From contig CM030332.1 of the NCBI GenBank assembly GCA_017654855.1, positions 4,216,001 through 4,280,000 on the forward strand: 64,000 nucleotides of DNA, written 5' to 3'. Under the pieces are notes generated by a model, which saw only the letters and a list, made by a program, of their open reading frames with translations, had not been told where the DNA came from and searched no databases. The DNA comes from Podospora anserina (taxonomy: Eukaryota). Of the stretch, positions 1 to 14,820 are shown piece after piece. Each line of letters starts with the position of its first letter. Positions within the stretch are counted from its first letter, which is position 1. The position numbers were made by a program, and so were the translations under genes.

Positions 1-1613
1 ATCATCATGTACTCGGACCTGATTTTGATGGCAAGTTTCAAGATGATTTGGAATTGTGAGATCATCTGGTCTTGCATCAGAGGGTTCTGCTGTGCCGAGT
101 CCTTCATCTTTTTGGCATAAGCTAGCCGCACCTTGATGATTTCCTCAATAAGTCTTGAGGGAAAGCTGATCAAGGTGAGCAGCTCCTCGATATAAGGGGG
201 GAGATGGCGCTTTTGAAAGCCCTGGGCCTTGTCGATCAAGGTGCGCTTCGCCTTTTCGATAACTCGCGAGATTCCGTCCAGCATGCTCCTCCTCCTGAGA
301 TTTTTGCCATCAGCACCATTGTCCTCATGAAGCGACTTGAGGCCCTCTTCCTTCAAGAGACGGTCCATGAACGAGGTATCATCGCCCAGACCGTTTCCGC
401 CACCTGGCTTGTGGAAATCGAGGGCTTCATTGCCAACCCATCTCTTCAAGATTGACAATTCCGTGTTGATCATTTCGTTGACGTTGTACCAAGATATAAC
501 AGATTCACATGTTTCTTCGTACGCCTCATAGGTCCCGGGCTTAAGCGCCGCAACGAGGGCTGTGCTGGAGGGATAAAGACTCTCGATCTTGTCAATCTTG
601 GCGATGGCGTCGCGGACCTGGCCGATGGGAGGTTTTCCGGCCTCACTCTGTCCAGCAATGGAGAAATTGATGACCTCATTGACCAAGCGGTCCAAGCCCG
701 CCTGAGCCTCCTCGGTCATCCTCTTTTGAACCGGCAAGTGTCTGTCGCATATTTTTGCGCGGATGGCCAACCATAGCTCAGCCTTGTGAGCGCTTCTCCC
801 TGCTTCCTCATCCGCCGAACCGATAAGACGCTTCTTCTCCTGGCGGACAACATCGCCAGTCAGTACCGCCTCGAGCATGCCGTGCCATTCTAACCGCTCC
901 CGATTCTGGGGATCCCTTAGGTCCTCTTCTGTGATCTGACTCTCTTCGCTGTTGACAAACATGATGTGCGCATCTTCGTAGCTGTCGAATGGACCCTCTG
1001 AAGATGGGGTTTCGCCCTCAGAATCTGAATCGTACTGCTCGCCAGAGCCGTAAGCGTCGAAGTAGTCGCTGTTGCCGTGGTCTTGCTGGCGTAACCTTCG
1101 GACGTACTCTCGCTCCTGGGCTCGGAATGTCGAGCTTCCTGCTAACGGTCGTGGTCGCGATCCGTCTCGGGGGTGGGTTGGAGTAGCTCCTATGTAGGAC
1201 GAGGGTGGGGGCTGTTGTGGCCTTCGCGCGGTATATGGCTGGTAGGTATTCGAAGGTGTTCTAGCAGGTCCCGTGGGGCGTTGAGGTCGTGGAGTAGCGC
1301 CATTCCCATAGTGAGCCGAGTCGGCCGTGCCACGTTGGCGACTGGCCGCGCCGTTCGCGAGGCCCGTGGAAGGATGTGGCTGCACGATGCCGGAGTGGAC
1401 TGGAGCGTCGGCATAGCGAGCCAGAGAGCCAAGTTCATCATGCTGTTCTAGCACATGGCGATCTGTAAGCAAATGCAGATCTCCCGATGATACCGCAAGC
1501 TCCGAGTCAGATGGCACCGCTATCGGACGGCCATTGAACCTCTCGGGCCGCACAAACTGGTCCTCTTCGGTCTGCGAGAAGCGGACGGTACGGGGTGACG
1601 TTTCGCTGGCCAT
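1..1613 (-). CDS. SSK2: MAP kinase kinase kinase of the HOG/osmosensing pathway (Ssk2/Wis4/OS-4), N-terminal part; runs off the window start
   Basis: Manual translation gives an uninterrupted minus-strand frame from ATG 1613 (MASETSPRTVRFSQ...) to the window edge. It contains RERLEWHGMLEAVLTGDVVRQEKKRL and RHLPPYIEELLTLISFPSRLIEEII, typical of the fungal Ssk2 N-terminal region. It is absent from the ORF track because there is no stop codon in the window, and the kinase domain lies outside it. Confidence 0.85.
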   Translation of the reverse strand, partial: MASETSPRTVRFSQTEEDQFVRPERFNGRPIAVPSDSELAVSSGDLHLLTDRHVLEQHDELGSLARYADAPVHSGIVQPHPSTGLANGAASRQRGTADSAHYGNGATPRPQRPTGPARTPSNTYQPYTARRPQQPPPSSYIGATPTHPRDGSRPRPLAGSSTFRAQEREYVRRLRQQDHGNSDYFDAYGSGEQYDSDSEGETPSSEGPFDSYEDAHIMFVNSEESQITEEDLRDPQNRERLEWHGMLEAVLTGDVVRQEKKRLIGSADEEAGRSAHKAELWLAIRAKICDRHLPVQKRMTEEAQAGLDRLVNEVINFSIAGQSEAGKPPIGQVRDAIAKIDKIESLYPSSTALVAALKPGTYEAYEETCESVISWYNVNEMINTELSILKRWVGNEALDFHKPGGGNGLGDDTSFMDRLLKEEGLKSLHEDNGADGKNLRRRSMLDGISRVIEKAKRTLIDKAQGFQKRHLPPYIEELLTLISFPSRLIEEIIKVRLAYAKKMKDSAQQNPLMQDQMISQFQIILKLAIKIRSEYMM

Positions 1614-2375
1614 TGCGATGGCAGGTTGCTGTTGGTGAATTCGAGGCCCAGGTACGATGATCGAGCGAGGTAGGTACGGTGATCAATCGATCGTATGCCC
1701 ACTGCTGGCGGAAACCAAGCTATTGAGGCGGCAATTCGTCCTGGCCATCGGCGCACAGAGGGAGAAGGGGGGATTAGTCGGCGGTATGTGGGCAATTGGC
1801 CCAAATGTCGTCTGATTTATGGCTGGGATATTCAATGGAAAGAGCCGTCAAGACGAGCTGGTGATGGACGTTACACTAACGGCAACAAAAGCGGGCCCGT
1901 GGCAAAAGATGGCGAGCAGAAAGGCGGCCAAGAAAGGTTAAGGAAGCTTTGCAAGGAACTCCCTGACAGTGCATCCAAGGTCTCATTGGCCAAAGTCGAA
2001 CAGCTTAAGCAACTGGCACACGAGGAGAATTTGTTATCAGCGGCTCAATAAAAACATGGTGGTTCGAGCTGATCGAAGCTTGAGTAGGCTCATCGGGATC
2101 GGCTTGGTAGTGCAACATCTGCCAAGCATCTCCAACGCTGGGTGCAAGTTACACAGCGCTGTTTCAGGAAAGGAATGATTATGTATGAAGAGAATGCGCT
2201 AGTACACACATGCTCTCCACTGGCCCATGTGAAACAGATTCTCCCAAAGATCAGCAGTCTCGAGATGGGAATGCGGATTTAAAGATGTTTCGTTTCTCCC
2301 GCCTCAGGGTTCAGGTTAAGTGAAGACAGGATGGCTTGTGCGGGGGACAGGGGTTCTACGCCGTTGGCTGAGGGA

Positions 2376-2416
2376 ACGCGTCTGTCGCGCTGGGTTGAGC
2401 ATGGATCACAACGCGT
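2376..2416. promoter_or_regulatory. Two MluI cell-cycle boxes (ACGCGT) upstream of SLD3
   Basis: Exact ACGCGT at 2376-2381 and 2411-2416, about 190-225 bp before the SLD3 ATG. MCB/MBF control of replication genes is established in ascomycetes. Confidence 0.55.
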
Positions 2417-2600
2417 GACGCCAGAGCCAGGGCGGGACAAGCATCTGCCAATGAACATTTTTGGAATTCGAGATTCGAGAGACTTACACATGAGCCTGAC
2501 AACACCTGCGTCCTAACATTGGTTACCACCGTTCACAGTTTACCAGGTGTCTATATTCTCAACATGTACCGCTAGCCGACTCATTCCCGTTTTTATCAAT

Positions 2601-5600
2601 ATGTCCTCCGCAGTGAGGCCGAGTTCTGGCGGCGCGTCACTGTCGCACTCTCGTTCAGACTCCATTTCCACCTCGATCTCACTGCCACCCCTCCCTTTGT
2701 CACGGCCTGCGAGCCGGGCTTCAGCTGGTGGTGGCATACTCACACCGGCCCGCGATGCCGAGCTCAACCAGCCAGGTCGTCGCCAGAGCATCCACGATCA
2801 AGATGTCTTTGGTTCAAGAAAACGGAAGCGAGATGTCTCGACACCAGGACTGAGCACTGACAGTTTACTAAAAGCTCCAATTGTTTTGAAGGTATTGCCT
2901 TTTTTTTATAAACCAGTCTCAATCCCTCATGTTTGACGGTAGCTAACCTTTGTATAGCCCCATCCGTCTAGCCTTACATCGAGACCGTGTATGCTCCACC
3001 CGCTCATGATGCTTCCCCGCGAGAGCCTACCGCTGTCCGCCCTCGACCTCGTCAAGCCACACGGAGAACTTTCATCCACCCGTCTTTTTGAGTCCAAGAT
3101 TAAGATTCTCGACCTCGAGGGACGCCTGGGCCACAGTGTCCTCATTGCCCGTTCAGAGATCACCAAAATGGTATATGCCGTCGAAAGCGAAAGCCCTGGG
3201 TTATACGTGCTGTGCAAGCTGGGCTCATGGGTGGATGTTGGAGAGCTCAGTCATGATGCTACCGTGGTCTGCAAGGAGAGATTGAAAGGCCCAAAGCAGG
3301 TCAAAGTCGAAGATCCGGCCGGCGCGCCTTTTATAACACCACAAATGTACAAGGAGAACAAGAGGAGGAAACTCGCCATCGAAGAACTCCAGGCCGCCAC
3401 TCGCAGACGATCAGGAACTCTCACCGATATGGACTCTCACAGTCAAATTTCGGCATTGCCCAACTCTAGGCCTGCTTCAAGAGGAATCGTTGAGTCTAGA
3501 CCGGCCTCCAGAGGAGTTGGAACTCAAATTGTTCAGCCACCAGAGGAGATTTTGGCCGACTCTCTCACTTTGCTATCCAGCACGCGAGACAGCACCCAAG
3601 CCCCTCTTCCGGTCTCAGATACTGGTTGCCAGGCAGAGCCACAGTCACAGCCACAGGAGCAGGAGCAGGATAAGCCGACCGCCGAAGGCATCATGGACAA
3701 CATTAGAACACAGTATCAAGAAGCTCTCTATCATTCAAAGGTAAGAATCTTGGTGTCCGACCTACTCGTTTGTCAATATGCTCACTGGCCTAGGGATCGC
3801 TGGCATATTTCGCAAAGGGCCCACTGTCCAGGGCTCGAGCCGCCTTCCACCCCGATACAGGCTCCGATCTCGAAATGGCTGACTTGGTAGAGTTTTTGAA
3901 GAGTCTCATCATGACAACTATCCTGGTGGACAAGAAGTACCGCGAAACAATTCCCGCTATCATCGAGAAAATGAAAACGTGCCTCGAGGACTCGGACAAC
4001 GCCCAGACAAAGCGCAAGAAACGGAAGGTGAAGAAGCCCAAGATGGGGAAAGATGGCTTGTACCCAAGTGAAGTGGACCACGTTAAGAGGTGGTGGACTT
4101 CACATCTGCCGATTGCTGTTGGGAATGAAGAGGAAGAAGCAAAGACCGTTTCCCAGACCGAAGCCAGGTATCACGTCTCCTGCCTTCGACGGAGAGAAAC
4201 TCAGTTGCAGATGATCCTAATCATGGAAATTCTGGCGCTGGAACCATTGATACGGCCAAAGGATCCTGTTGGTGACTACCTGCTGCCTGGCGAGTCTCGA
4301 GCACCATCCCGCGAAGCAAGTCAAGAGCCGACAGCGAAGAAACGGAACAAGCACAATCTTCCTGTACTTTTGGATGTTCACGCTGATCGCCTTTGTATTT
4401 GGCAGTCGGTAACACTGGATGAGGTCAAAGCGCTGGCTGAGTCTCAAGCACCCAAAGAGGGTGCCAGGCCCGAGCGAATCGACTCTGACCCCCTGAAGGA
4501 CTTTTGTGTGGAAATCATCCTACCCTTTTTCGCTGCACGTCTCCCAGAGCTTTGCGACTCCATCAACCGAAAGTTGGGTGGCCCTGTGGCTCAGTCGCCA
4601 CCGAAGAAGGAGTTTGTGAAGCCGGCTGCTGTCTCAAAAGCGAAACCTGGTGCGCTAGCAAAGCGGCCTGCCGCCCTGAAGAAGGACAGCGATCGATCGC
4701 TCCAGCGAGCGCTTTCCAACGAGCGTATGAGACGTAGTGTCTCAAGAGAGCCATCCAAGGCGATCGCCCTCATGCGATCTGCGAGCGCGACGGCAATTCC
4801 TGGACTGAAGCGGGAGGGTAGTGAGCCCCTGCTCATGGGAATGGTCCCCCGCCAAGACAAGAGTTTGAAGGAGAAGCCAACAAATGTCTTCCCACGTGGG
4901 GAAGATCTCAGAGCGAGAAAGAAGGCCCAGGTAGATGCCGAGTTGAAGGATGCCATCTCGGCGCTTAAGAAGCCAAACCGGGCACTGGCTGTGAAAGAAT
5001 TTGCTGACGCAGTGGACAAGAGAGCTTCTGCGGGTGTCAACCAGGTGAAGAAGGTGAAGAAGCCGCGGACACCTTCTATTGTCAAAGCAACTCCAGCAAA
5101 CGGCCGCTTCAAGGATGTCCTTGCGGGCGACAATGCGCGTGGACAAACATCTCTATCTTTTGAAGCCATCCCACCATCAAGCGCCTCCATGATCCCAGCA
5201 TCGACATTACCTCGCAAGTTCACCAATGCATTGGCACCACCGCCATCGTCAACACCGATCAGGATCAACGCGACTCCGGCCCGCAAACCAGCCGCGGTCA
5301 GCACCTTCCACACCCTGCGGGCAATCCAGGAGACACCGGGCCCCATCTTGGCCTCGTCACCCATCATGGCAAGAAAGGCAGCGCCCGCACCGACTCAGGG
5401 CCAAAGAGCCTCTACACAATTCCTATCTATACCTCAGGAAGCGATAGACCACTTCCTCTCCTCGCCCGGGCTACCGGCGCTCTTTGAGACACCGGTCAAC
5501 CCTAAATTTCATAAAACGGCCACGGCTATCAATGACAGCCCTATTCGGTCAAAGCTATTCACGTTGGCACCAGCCCAACAGAAACAAAAGGAGAAGGAAG

Positions 5601-5698
5601 CCCCACCGCCGGGGACACTCGGACAGACAGTTCTCACGAAGGAGACAGCGAGCATATACGCCCAACTCGGGTGGGACGACGACGATGACATTATATAA
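2601..5698 (+). CDS. SLD3: DNA replication initiation factor Sld3 (3 exons: 2601-2891, 2958-3740, 3794-5698)
   Basis: GT..CTAAC..AG and GT..CTCAC..AG introns join ORFs 2547, 2991 and 3875 in frame. Sld3-domain motifs RETQLQMILIMEILAL, LLDVHADRLCIW and DFCVEIILPFF are present, followed by an S/TP-rich C-terminus. Confidence 0.8.
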
Positions 5699-6058
5699 TG
5701 AACCTGACATGAAACAATCAACATCACAGCATAAGCAAAATTTCGCATGGCATCAGGGGTTTACTGAGCAGGTTCGGGATTGGGGGAAAGAAGTATTTCG
5801 CTTGGGAGCGTTGTCGGCAGAAGAGGATACCTTAGTTCATAAACTTTGTGTTGTATAAGTCACGTATATAGATACCCATTAGCTGGCACAAAAAAGGGAA
5901 TGGGTAATAGGTAGGGATGTCAAGATATTAGCGGTTAAAGCATGGCGTCTAATGGTATTATTACTTTTGATTGTTAATTCCCTCTCAACCCTCTCGTTGT
6001 TATTATCATTACCATTTTCAACAACCTATCTTACCACCCAGCAGCCCCTACCTACCCT

Positions 6059-7965
6059 CTACTCCCTCCTCCTCACAACCACCAAAGGCAACTCCCTCAC
6101 ATCCACATGCTCCTGACTCCCCAAATCGACCACCTTCACCGCCTCCACCCCAACAACCCCCTCCCTCAACGCCAAAAACCTCAACTCCACCACACTACAC
6201 GCATTCGCCGCCAACGGTCCGACCCTCACATCCGCCGACAGACACACCACCTCGGTATTATCCACCCCCCCAGCCTTCTGCATCGCATAAACCACATTCT
6301 CATCCAGCACCGCATCCGCCATACCACTGTCCTTCTTCCCACCCATATTCCCCCTCATCGTCGGTCTCCCCAACGCCCCCCCCTCGTTCCTCCTCCTGTG
6401 CGGCACCACCAAAAGCATCAACTTCCTTGCCTGGGACGATGCCGTCATGGAAGCCGTCATGGACGAATACGACAAATGCATCCCAGCAGGAGCAATCATC
6501 GACGTGGGACGGGAGCGGTTAACAACAAACACCGTCCAGACAAACTCCTCGCCTACATACACCGGTTTATCCGGCCCGGTAAAGGTGAGGGTAATCCCAA
6601 AGTCGGGGAGGGTGGTTTCCGTTGCTGATCTAGTTGCCGCTTCGAGAGAAGGAAGCGCGTCCGGGCGGATGACTGAAGGAGAAACCAACGGTTGGGAGTC
6701 AACACCCCCCGAAATGGACAGCTGACTTGGGCGGTGGGACCGCTGGATGGGTTGCGTCATTGGTTGGCCGAAGCCGGGGTTGACGGGGAGGGTAAAGTCT
6801 AGGGGTGTTGTCCACGTCATGGAGAGTTTGGGGGTGCAAGGGTTTGATTCCGAGTCTGGGCGGACGAGGATGGAGATTTCGATTGTGATGACCAGGTCGC
6901 GGTCTCGGATGGGGCCTTTGGTGGTGGCGAGGTCAAGGGAGGAAGGGGTGAGCTTGTAGAGGAAGGTGAGGTGGTCGTGGGCGACGCAGCTTAGGGGGAG
7001 GCGCATCCCGGGTTGGTTGTTGAGGTCCTCTGCGGTGCCGTTGGTGACGTCGAGGGAGATTTTGTTGAGGGAGGCTTCGCAGTCGAAGTAGGGGGTGAAG
7101 TCGGTTTCGACGAGGGCGATGAGGGCTGGGCTGGGGGGTGAGGTATTTGGTCGGGAGAAACGGACTCGGCAGTGGAGGAGGGGGAAGATCTTGAGTTTGA
7201 GGTTTTGAAGGCCCGGGATGCGACGGAGGGATTCTTTGGATTGGGTTGCTGGCGCTACTCGGGATACTCTCTGGGCTGAGAGATGGGGCTTGATGCCGCC
7301 CAGCATTGGGTCGCTGGCAAAGGAATCGAGCATATTCATGCCGGAGGGCACACAGCTTAGCATGTAGCCATCTCTTTGGTCAGGATTGTTTTCTGGGTCT
7401 GCTTGCTTGAGACCTGCTGTCCCTGAAAAGACAACCGACGGAATCTGTAGCCGGATCCTGGGACGACCCAAGAACACTGACAGTTTCCAGACAGCATAGA
7501 CAAACTTGGTTCCATCTTCGACCTCGTCTGGCACTATGAAAACGTCTTCGACATCCTCCACTCCACCACTAAATATGATCTCGGACGCAGGGGGGCTGTT
7601 TAGGTCTTGCGAATGGCTATTGACGATCTGGGCATCTAAGGTGATGACGAGTCGTCGCAAATGTAGGCGGAGCGTCTGTTCGTCGGCGCATTGTGTTCGC
7701 AGTATTAAGTAGACATCGACGGTTTCATCTGAAGTGAAAGTGAGTAAGATGGGCGTGGGAACAAGAGATGTTGCGCGAACCTCATACCGAAGAACAACTG
7801 GTCGCGTAGCTCGATGCCAGCGAGTTTACTTTCGAAGGAGCCTTCACCTTGCCGGAGGGCTTCGTCAGGGTTGAATTTTGTAGTAAATGGTACAATGTAG
7901 GTTAGGTGTGCGTTTTCGAGGAAGACATCGTTGGCATCGCGCCCTGGGGCATCCGGTACCGCCAT
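6059..7965 (-). CDS. TRS65: TRAPP II complex subunit Trs65 (exons 7965-7788, 7728-6059)
   Basis: An intron (GTATGA...TTCAG) joins the two ORFs in frame (LFF-D-ETVDVYL). The C-terminal LSADVRVGPLAANAC..VELRFLAL..G...VEAVKVVD motif matches the Trs65 family. Confidence 0.8.
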
Positions 7966-8568
7966 CGTTCTCTCTTGGACTGGGTGTTGGGCTCTGCAAT
8001 TATAGGGAGCTGTTTCTCAGGGGATCATGAGGTTTCGAGGTCGTGACTAGGCGCATGAGCTGGTGGGAGTCGAGGCGATATATAAACAAGGTTCCGATTT
8101 CTCTGGCTACTAGTTCCTGAATAACAGTAGGTAATGTGTTCTGTCAGCTCAGTAACAGCTTAAAAGACAATGTGAAGACGGGCTTGTTCATGATAGTTGA
8201 AGTCCCAAGCTGGTGGAGCTTCACAGCAGCTCCAACGGTCAGGGGTGCACTTGGCATCTGATGTCAAGTATTAGCGTGGCGCGAGGTAAAAAGAGGACCG
8301 TGCGTTAAAGCCTGTGCTTGGCTTTTTATGATTTTACCAGCCCGCGTCGACTTCAAGCTTGCAATCCTCTCGGTTGTTGACCACGGGTTTTCTTCGCAAC
8401 CCGAGTGCCAGAGTTATTTCATCACGAATACCCCCCTGGGACGACCTCTTAATCCTATTGACATTCTCCGCTATTCGTATTTTGTAATACGACAACTTGC
8501 CTGTCGCCGACGACTTCGATATCCATCCGCAACCAGCAAGCCAGCGAGCGCATCACGATCCGGTCGCA

Positions 8569-11345
8569 ATGAATGGACATTTTGCACCGCCGGGGGCGCC
8601 CGCAGTTTGGACAGAACACAAGACTCCCGATGGCCGTACATACTATTACAATACCTTGACCAAGGTTACGCAATGGACCAAGCCGGAGGAAATGATGACA
8701 CCCGCCGAGGTATGTGCCCTATGGGAGTCTGAAGAGATCGCAATATATTAAGCTAACATATATTACTCACAGCGCGCGCTGGCAAACCAACCATGGAAGG
8801 AGTACACGGCAGAGGGAGGCCGGAAGTATTGGTATAACACTGAAACAAAGCAGAGCTCCTGGGAGATGCCCGATGTCTACAAACGAGCCTTGGGAGCTGG
8901 TGATTCTGCTGCCACCACACCTACGTAAGTTTTTACCTTGTCCTGATTGTGACATATTGTACTAACTTATTTACAGAGGCCCATCAGCTTCATTTGGTGC
9001 GGCTGGAGGAGGTAGTGGTCATCATGGCGGTTCGTATGACCACCACCACCAGCAACGCGATCATCGGGATTATCGCGACCATAGGGAGCCCATGGGAGAG
9101 TCCAGACAACTCACCTATGGCAGCAACATTCAGGCGCAAGCCTTCGTCTCCGCCAGCAACGATCCTGAGTATGCCACCGCCGAAGAGGCAGAGGCGGCGT
9201 TCGTGAAGCTCCTTCGCAGTAGTAAAGTCCAGCCTGATTGGACCTGGGAGCAGGCTATCCGCGCCATTGTCAAAGATCCCCAGTTCCGCGCCATCAAAGA
9301 TCCGAGGGATCGCAAAGCTGCCTTTGAGAAGTATTGCCACGATGTCGTTGTGCAAGACAAGGAACGTGCCAAGGAAAGACTGACTAAACTTCGCGCTGAC
9401 TTCGCCACCATGCTCCGGAGCCACCCAGAGATTAAGCACTACACCCGGTGGAAGACAGCCCGGCCCATGATCGAGGGCGAGACCATCTTCCGCTCGACTA
9501 ACGACGAGAACGAGCGCCGTCAGTTGTTCGAGGACTACGTTAGTGACCTCAAACGGGCTCACAAGGAGCAGCAGGTCACAATGCGCAAGAGCGCTATGGA
9601 TGGTCTGATCGAACTGCTTCCCACTCTCAGTTTGGAGCCCTACACTCGCTGGGCTGAAGCACAAGGTACCATCCAGAACACCCCCTTGTTTCAAAGTGAT
9701 GAGAAGTACAAGACACTCAGCAAGTTTGACGTGTTGACCGTCTTCCAAAATCATGTCAAGTCCTTGGAACGTAACTTCAACGACTCAAAGCAGGAAGAGA
9801 AGAACAAGAAATTCCGCCAGGAGCGGAAAGCTCGTGATAACTTCAAAGTCCTCCTCACAGAGCTGAAGAGGGATGGCAAAATCACTGCCGGCACCACCTG
9901 GACCCAGATACACCCCCTGATCGCAGACGATGCTCGCTACAGAGCTGTCGCCGGTAATCCCGGGTCTACTGCCATGGAGCTGTTTTGGGATGTTGTTGAG
10001 GAGGAAGAGCGCGCTCTCAGGGGCACTCGCAATGATGTGCTTGACGTTATTGGTGTAAGTGCTCCCGATATGGATTCCAACAAAATGCAAGCTGACAAGT
10101 CGATTCAGGACAAACGGTTCGAAGTCACCCCGAAGACCACTTTTGAAGAGTTTGAGGCAGTCGTCAGGGGTGATGCTCGTACGGCTAACATTGAACGGAA
10201 AATTCTTGAGCTTATTTTTGAACGGGTAGGTTCTTTTCATCGCAAATCGACCATGACGAACAGGGCTGACGTTTCCATGACAGGTCCAGCAGAAGCGCAC
10301 AAAGCGCACAGACGAAGACAAGGTGCAGCGCCGCGCTCTCGATGACCTTCGTGCAGCCATGAAACGGTTGGAGCCTCCCATCACCGTCACTGATACTTAC
10401 GAACAGGTGAAGGCCAGGCTTGCCCAGTCTGAGGCATTCCGGACTGTGAACTCTGAGGAAGCTCGTCGGGGCGCCTTTGACAAGTATATTCGTCGCCTTA
10501 AGGAGAAGGATGAGGAAAATGAAAACGAGCGCCAACGCCGTCGGGAACGCCCAGATGGGCATCGTGATAGAGGTGAGCGATCCTACCGAAGTGGACGTTC
10601 TGCTAGGAGCCGCAGCCGCAGCCCCGAACACAACACCTACGAGGCCGATCGTCGCCACGCCATGGCCGACCGCGAGCGTAACTACAGAAAAACCAGTGCG
10701 GCCGAGGTTCTACTTTCAGATCGTCGTTCTGCCGATGGCCACCACGATTCAGTGCGTGATCGGGAACGTGACAGGGACCGTGATCGGGATCGCATCTCTG
10801 AGCGTGATCGTGAACGTGACCGCGACCGCGACCGCGACCGTGAGAGGGATCGTGATCGGGCCCGCGATTATCGGGATCGTGATCGTGACCGGGACCGTGA
10901 GCGAGATCGCGACCGGGATCACGGCCGTGACCGCGATAGAGACCGTGACAGAGACCACCGCGACCATCGCGACTATGACCGGCGCTCTCGCCCCGCCGAC
11001 GACTTCAACCACTACGATCGTGAGCGCCGCACACGTGAGGAGGATCGGGAACGTATTTATCGCAGGCGAGTACTTGAGCGCGACGTTGATGAGCTGCCAT
11101 ACGGTGACGAGCGGCCCAGTTCCTCATCTAGACGCCCGCGCCCCGAAGAAGACGACCACGACCGAAGGTCTCCCCGGCAGGCGAAGCGCATCAAGGTTGA
11201 GGGTGACCGTGCCGCTACCCCCTCGGCCGCCACCGCCACCGCCCAGCCTAAGTCTGCCGCTGCAGCTCCGGCAGCTATCAAGGAAGAGAAGCCCTCCCCC
11301 AGTGTCCGCGCTGGTAGTGAAGAGGGCGAGATAGAGGAGGATTAA
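8569..11345 (+). CDS. PRP40: U1 snRNP pre-mRNA processing protein Prp40 (two WW domains, FF domains, RD-rich tail), multi-exon
   Basis: WW domains [26 protein letters not shown] and [26 protein letters not shown], plus FF repeats (e.g. [17 protein letters not shown]). Canonical introns start near 8710, 8925, 10055 and 10226. Confidence 0.92.
10755..10980 (+). repeat. Coding low-complexity (RD/RE)n dipeptide repeat in PRP40
   Basis: Degenerate CGTGAC/CGCGAC/CGGGAT hexamers encoding [10 protein letters not shown]... Confidence 0.9.
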
Positions 11346-12354
11346 ACACCTGCCAGTTCGCCTTGTACTCTTGCTGGCAGCCCTTCTACCCTTGCTGGCA
11401 GCAAAGAGGATGAAATTGTGAACGCCCAGACGCCAATTCTCACAGCCGCGTGAGCTTCCTGCTCAACTTGCCTCTGGTTCTCGATATGGGGGAAGTTCGG
11501 CCGCAGTATACACTGTACAAGTACGTCTCTGTCACCCGCAAAAAGATGCTCTAACTCGGCTTGAGTAGTCGGTGTTTTCTTTCTCATACTCTTATTCTGT
11601 CATGGTATTCATTTTGATCAGCAGTGGCTGCTGGTTAGGTAGTGTAGTTGAAAGTACAAAACGTTGTGTAGTAGCTTTTTAATACCAAAAAGTCCTTGTG
11701 TTGTACCATGTGTCTTTCCACATGGCTGTTGCCTGAGTGATTCCTATCCTGTAATCCAAAATGAATGAGTCAAGGGCCTGCACTCATATCGCCAATTGTG
11801 TCCATATTTACCAGAAATCAACATCAAACACCACACCTTTAACCGTGTTTTATCACTAAATATGGCAAGATTCACCGGGTATGCAATATCAGCATTTCTA
11901 ACCCTTTATATATTTCTCTAGAAGAAACGGCGACTATCTAATCACAGCCCACATAGCTAGGTAAATCACCTTTCACCTCGTGCGGTCCCTTTTGCAGGTC
12001 AGGAATACCCTGCTCAGAAACCTGGCGGCGGTCACCCGCTTGTCCCATTGCCCCTCAATCTACCAAGATGTGATCCATCTGCGACAGAAGACATACTTGC
12101 CCACTACTTCCCGGAAGTGGCGTCTTGGTAGGACCAGGCAAGAGGGGATAGACCGCCACCGCTGTCCTATGTCGGGATCGTCGTCCTCGGACGTGCCCCC
12201 TTCCTCAGATACAACCCCTAAACCTCCCCGGGCGCCGCCGGTTCGATTTATACAGGTATCACCATTTTGTACGCCTAAAACGCCAGGATCCGATGCATCG
12301 TCATGAGGAGGGGGAAGAGAGTCTTGTTTCTTGTTGTCCTTTGGGATGCCCTTT

Positions 12355-14820
<2,466 letters not shown>

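Noticed and set aside
5971-6522. 183-aa Pro-rich plus-strand ORF resembling an extensin
   Set aside because: It is the antisense shadow of the G-rich 3' end of TRS65.
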